A stretch of DNA of 64,000 nucleotides from Marsupella aquatica (lineage: Eukaryota > Plantae > Marchantiophyta). This document shows, piece by piece, positions 58,837 to 64,000 of this stretch. A model generated the notes under the pieces. It ran no database searches, was not told where the DNA came from, and saw only the letters and a list, made by a program, of their open reading frames with translations. Within the stretch, counting starts at the first letter, position 1. Every line of letters begins with the position of its first letter. The position numbers were made by a program, and so were the translations under genes. The stretch is taken from contig OZ316895.1 of NCBI GenBank assembly GCA_973895155.1, positions 990,435-1,054,434 on the forward strand, in the 5' to 3' direction.

Positions 58837-61233
58837 TCACTTCGTGGTCTCTTTTGGTAGCTCATTCTCCTTAGCGTCCTGTTTTGCTTGGACAATCTTG
58901 ATTGTGACGGTACAGTTTTGGAATAAATTGTTTGCTATGCTATTACCCATAGTCACAGTGGAAGTCCCTCTCAGCTGTTTGGCTAAAGTTGAATTTGCTT
59001 GCACCTCATTCTCCCAATTCACTACTTCAAAATCTAGTAGAAAGTACTTGCTTCTCGCATACTATTCTCCCACATTGACCACAAAAGTATTCAAACCAGA
59101 CTCCTGTCAAAAACTCAAAAAATAAGTCAGGAACGTCATCCATTAAAGTAACAAAGTGCTAATTCATTAATAGCTATGGATGCTTCACCATCTGCAATTA
59201 TTGTCCAAGACAGCAGGGCCAAAACAAAGAGTCAACCACACACATTGTACCTGTACTGGTTTTGGTGTTATGGACAATTGCATCGCAGACTTCTCACTCA
59301 ATCCAAGGTGTTGTGCTCAGTATCCTTGCATCTCAGGTTTTCCAGTCACAAGAGTTGTTAGCGGATTCAAGCTACACGAAGATCCCACAATCTGTTCCTA
59401 CACAAATTTCCTGCTGACCTCTGTTAACGTAGGATTGTAATTCAACATTGGATTAGAATCCACCAAAGTGGCAGCTTCCATGGATCTCAGTGTTTGCGTC
59501 CGATCGTACCTCTGGTACCCACTAACAGTATGGTGACCAGAAATCAATCTGCCAATTTCATTGGGAATGCCTTTGGCTGCAATTCTAGTAATTAGTGTGG
59601 CTCTCCCCATTCGATTGCTAAAAGAGTCTCCTGGCAAACCAACCAAGGTCGACATGCTCTTGAGCCACTTGGTCGTTCTATTTTTGGCCACCTTATGGAC
59701 CCTGCTATACCATATATTTCCAGTTGGGTTAGTTATTGGCCCCAAGAACAAGTCAGGTTTTGTCCCCTCTGTCAGCTCAGGCAAATGGCGCAAGTATTGC
59801 CTGACCGTCATCAAGAAATCTGGCTTGTAAGTGTGATACACACTTCTGAACTGTTCCTCATTGTCGCGAGCAAGAGTATTTGCATTATTTTTACTTTGTC
59901 TCTCCTGGAAACTGCATGAAGAGCAAAGCTTGTTAGAAGAGTTAACTTCAAAGAAAACAAACTCACAGGGAACGCCAAAGGACAAGTATAACCAGTTGCA
60001 AACTCAAATGAAAAATAGCTTGAGAGATGGCGTCTGGCCACTGATAATAGATATGACAGAAATGATAATGCCCCTAACCAGACTGAATTTTGCTCAGCTG
60101 CAAGGCCCTACATGAGGCTAATCAAGAAGAAGCTTATTAATTTCTTCTGACTGGTGACCAGTCTTACCGTACATAGTCCTTTCCCTCTTTATCGACCCGA
60201 ATACTAATGTCATCCCCATGCAGATCCCACACTTCTTGGTCTCCACAAATGCCCATCCCGACAAGGACAAAAAACGTCAATTGCTTTTGGCAGCCATGAC
60301 TAAAATTGATTTGATGATCCATGTTGGCCAGGATTGCCTTCTCCATTTCTTCAATAAGAATACTCACCTGCAAGAAGAGATATATGGGAATCATCATACG
60401 CTAACGAGGAAAAACGAGATCAGCAAAAATTGAAATCGACACCTAAAAACTCACTTTCTTCCTCTTCTTATTGGCTCCATCTTTGGCACTCTTCTTGATT
60501 GCTGCTTGCAACATCATTTGAGTTCTGGTAAATGATGGATGAGAATTGACATTAAAGCCTTTCTCAACAAGATCCCTTCCCCTCTCAAAGCCCGCAGGTT
60601 GCTTGCACGTCTTATCAGCCGATTGTAGCCATTCATAAGATTCATGAATGAGGCTGATGGGAGTGGTGTGCCATCGTATTCCACAGCACGAGTATAATAT
60701 GTTGCTCAATAGCTCATCAAGTTGTCTTAGTGGCTAATCACCGAGCGAGATAGTCATATCCCAATTCAAGGCACTGCACAAGGGGTCTGCCCATTTGGCA
60801 GCCCATCGGTCATTCTGCTCTTTTGGAAGCTTTTTGATTGCTAGACCCGCATCAGCCAATGTGAATCAGGAATTACCCTCAGTCTCGGAAGTAACCTGTA
60901 TCTTGACTAACATTGGCTTGCTTACCCCCTGCTCGTGCCTTCATTATGAGGCACAATTGCATCAGAAGTGGTCTTAGCTCCTGGACCTTCACTAGAGCAT
61001 TGCCCACCTACAACATTGTCAAAAATGTAAGATAACCTTGGTAAAGCTTTACTGGTCGATAAGCTCCTTCGTTGGCCATTCCATAGGCAACTCAAGATCT
61101 TCCAGATAGCACATCTTGACATCATCCTCACTTCAGTCCTCTCCCCCAACAGACATTGCCTCATCTCCACTTCCCTCTCCCATCTTGGATTGGCCTGGCC
61201 GTGCCAGCAAATGAGCAGAATTAGAGATAACAA
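58837..61233 (-). pseudogene. Crypton-like (DUF3504-type) tyrosine recombinase gene with introns, degenerate
   Basis: N-terminal DRWAAKW...LDELLSNIL; GMGI(C)GDQE at the catalytic Arg position; FQERQSKNN; FSNRMGRAT (HxxR position); ISGH; YQRY; C-terminal LFQNCTVTI. Likely GT-AG introns near 60455-60369 and 60167-~59915. 5' boundary uncertain. Confidence 0.72.
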
Positions 61234-62299
61234 AGAAACAACATAGCTGAGAGTTGCACCATGCCATATTAACTAAAATTGCAGGATAGAAACAATATCA
61301 ATCATATAGACGTTGAAAAGGATACCACAAGTTGCAAATCCTCCTGATGCTATAATCCACAATTTCAATTCAAACTCTATGAAGCACAACACACTGGGAA
61401 AGAAGCAGCATATCACCATTTGTCAAAATCTAACGTCACAATTTGCAAGAAAACATTTCAAAAGCACAATCACGGTTTGCTTGCAATGAATTTTAGCAGC
61501 ACCCTAGCAGCAACTCGCATTTCAAGTGCCCTCTTCAAAATCTAGCACCGCAACGCATCGATCCCCAAGAAAACATTTCAGAAACACTGACACTGCTTTG
61601 TTGCCAACAATGCTTGATTGCCAAGATTTTAGTAGCGCCCTGGTAGCAATTCGCTATTAAAGTGGCCTCCGACAACAAAAACAAAGGAAGGGTGGCGCGC
61701 TGCAGCAAGACAATGCAAATGAACGAATTAATTTCAAATGTGGAAGCATGTGAGGTTCCACAAGCTTCCCTTGTATATCCTCCCAAACAATAATTTGTGT
61801 GCACCTCTTTTCATTGGTTGGACAGGTCATAGCTGGTAACCAAAACTCAAAACTGGATTACTTACGTTAGCGGAGGTTTGGATGGCGATTACATGGGGCC
61901 TATTGGGGTTCCCAGGTCCCTCCATAATGTTTCCCGGCTACGACGGTCAACTTTCTGTCAGAACCTGGTCTCCCCATTAGCCCCAATAACCCCCCTCTAA
62001 ACCTTCGTTATCCTATACTTTGGCTGACCCCACCCCAACCAACTGCGGCCTGACAATGGCCAAACACCTAACAAACTGTGGCCCAACTCTCTCAACCCAG
62101 ACTTGGCTGAAGGCAGCCCAATGACAGTGTCTTGACTCACCTCAACATCCAAACTCAGCTACATGCGGCCTGACTCGCTGCGATGATGGAGGCAGCGACT
62201 CCCTGGCACGCCTGGACCCGGGATCCCAAGGTGAGATGAGACCTTGACATGAGACCCAAGACAATGGGTCCCAACCCCGACCCTAACTTAACCCCTTGA

Positions 62300-63114
62300 G
62301 TTGGTTCCAACTCCCCACCGAGCTCGTGGACTTGCCGTTATCTCTTGGGTTGGGGGCCAAAATATTGGGACCAAAAGTGGTACGAGGTGGCAGGTCCCAA
62401 TATGAGGGGACCACCTCCTCTCAAACATCCATATGTTGAAATTTCATACAAACCACACCACCACCCCAAGGGGACATGGTGTTGGAGAGTAAAGAACCAA
62501 GTAAACAGGGATGTGGTTACCAAAGGGGTTCCATGCAAGGGGATAGAAATAAGGCCCTTTGAAAAGCCGGCCAAGCTGTGCTGTTGCCCCAAAGGGTCTC
62601 GGCTTTGGGGCGGCCAAAGTCAAGTAAGCGGCCACTTCGACTTTAAGTGAAATGCTTAAAGTAACCAAAAACCTGGGGTTACTAATGGGGTTTTGGGGAT
62701 GCAAGGGGTTATCGAAAACAGGCCTTTGAAAAGTTGGCCAAGCCGTGCCATTGTCCCAAGGAGTCTCGGCATTGGGGCGACTAAAGCCTAGTAAGCGGCT
62801 GCGATGACTTTAAGTAAAATGCTTAAAGTAATAAAAAACCTGGGGTTACCAATGAGGTTTTGGGGATGCAATGGGTGACAATCTTTTAACTTGATTTGGT
62901 TTTTCTTTCACTTTTGCATTTAACATCTTTGACTAACTATAGTACATCCCTTTACTTCTGGATCATTTCATGTATTTAACAACATCTTGAACGACATGAT
63001 ATCTTTTTCTTCACAATACTTTTTTTTCTTCACAAGATATTTTGTATATGTGTATATGACATTTTTTTCTTCGCTACATCTTTTGTATGATGCACTCCTA
63101 TTCAATTGAGCCAG
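62300..63114 (+). mobile_element. Degenerate Helitron of the same family as 23139-24843
   Basis: 62345-62880 is homologous to 23600-23990, with an internal duplication. Degenerate 3' end ...ATTGAGCCAG|T. Left boundary uncertain. Confidence 0.7.
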
Positions 63115-63269
63115 TAACCTATAATCCTCTGTTCGATGGTCTACTTTCGACTGCTTTTTCAAGGCCCCAAAAAACCTCGTGAAGCACCAATGTGGTCATG
63201 TCTGTGACCGCAGCCCATCTTTTATGCTGAAACCTTCGTTCGATCATCCCATTCAACCCTTACTTGTCA

Positions 63270-64000
63270 GCTGTGGCCGATCGCATCGAATCATCCGAAC
63301 GCTAAATCTATGAACTACGGCCGATTTACTGCAACCCCAAGTCGACGACTCCTCAATCCACGAAGGCCCCGTTCTGCCGCTGCTGCATGATTGTGATGCG
63401 GCTGAGCTCGAAATGGTCCTGCTCTACAAGTACTAGCGTATTTGGGCTTGTTTGTGGATTTGGGTGCTGCAGCTTTATAACTGAAAGCAAATTATAATGT
63501 GGCCGCTACTGCTGCTGGTTCAGCGTTACAGCAACCAGGATCTCGAGTCATCTCTTGTGTCCTGACTGTGACGGACTGTCTGTCTGCCACACTACGCGTT
63601 CGCTCCACCTCCTAGTAAGCACTACGCACTCTTATCTCGCCTGCCTCGTTGTTTGTGTCTTGTAGCGTTGTGCATTGTTGTCTGGCGGGGAGCATACAAT
63701 CCTACTCATGTTATTAGAATGACATAGTTTGGTGCTGCGGTGATATGATTTCCTGATCTACAATTGCCGGTACACTCTTGAGCCCAAATGTTGGAGATTT
63801 GTGCTCACGGATTACAGTAGTTCCTGCATTCTGTGGACTCTCTCCCCCACAGTCTGCATAGGAGGGCACATGGTCGCATTGGGGCCGTGGAGTTCTTCCA
63901 GTCGTTTGATCTTTCCCTGTTTAGTGTAGTTGTTGTGGTTGGTGTCGGAATGAATGACCGAAGGATTTAGTCAGGGTTTAAGGAAACAGGGCGCATTGTG
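63270..64000 (+). ncRNA. Putative structured non-coding RNA, copy 2 (runs off the window end)
   Basis: Homologous to 34300-35222, with indels and helix-preserving substitutions. Confidence 0.45.

Noticed and set aside
63965-63985. TAAACCCT on the minus strand as a telomerase RNA template
   Set aside because: Not conserved in the paralog, on the strand opposite the inferred structure, and no USE/TATA promoter is visible.

Overview
Repeat-rich nuclear DNA of a land plant, probably a non-seed plant (bryophyte or lycophyte); this is inferred from the TE complement, not proven. There are three apparently intact host genes: an intronless NYC1 chlorophyll b reductase (-), a 6-exon RNF170-like ER RING E3 ligase (+) and a 5-exon EBS7-like ERAD factor (-). 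They sit among a degenerate Ty1/copia element, a probable Gypsy/Tat-type accessory ORF, a 5'-truncated L1-like LINE, head-to-tail Helitrons, two CRE-like non-LTR retrotransposons, a plastid psaA insertion and several tandem arrays. Three signals stand out. (1) A 9.45-kb hAT transposon (47420-56869, TIR CCCGGTTTG, 8-bp TSD) carries two cargo genes antisense to its transposase: a protein kinase and a coiled-coil/RING-H2 protein. Both ends have mirror-image 40-bp motif triplets, and a MITE of the same family lies at 9957-10184. (2) An intron-containing Crypton-type tyrosine recombinase gene. (3) Two diverged copies (~34.3-35.2 kb and ~63.3-64.0 kb) of a non-coding segment whose helices show compensatory substitutions, suggesting an unannotated structured RNA. 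All calls come from reading the sequence by eye; no database searches were run.
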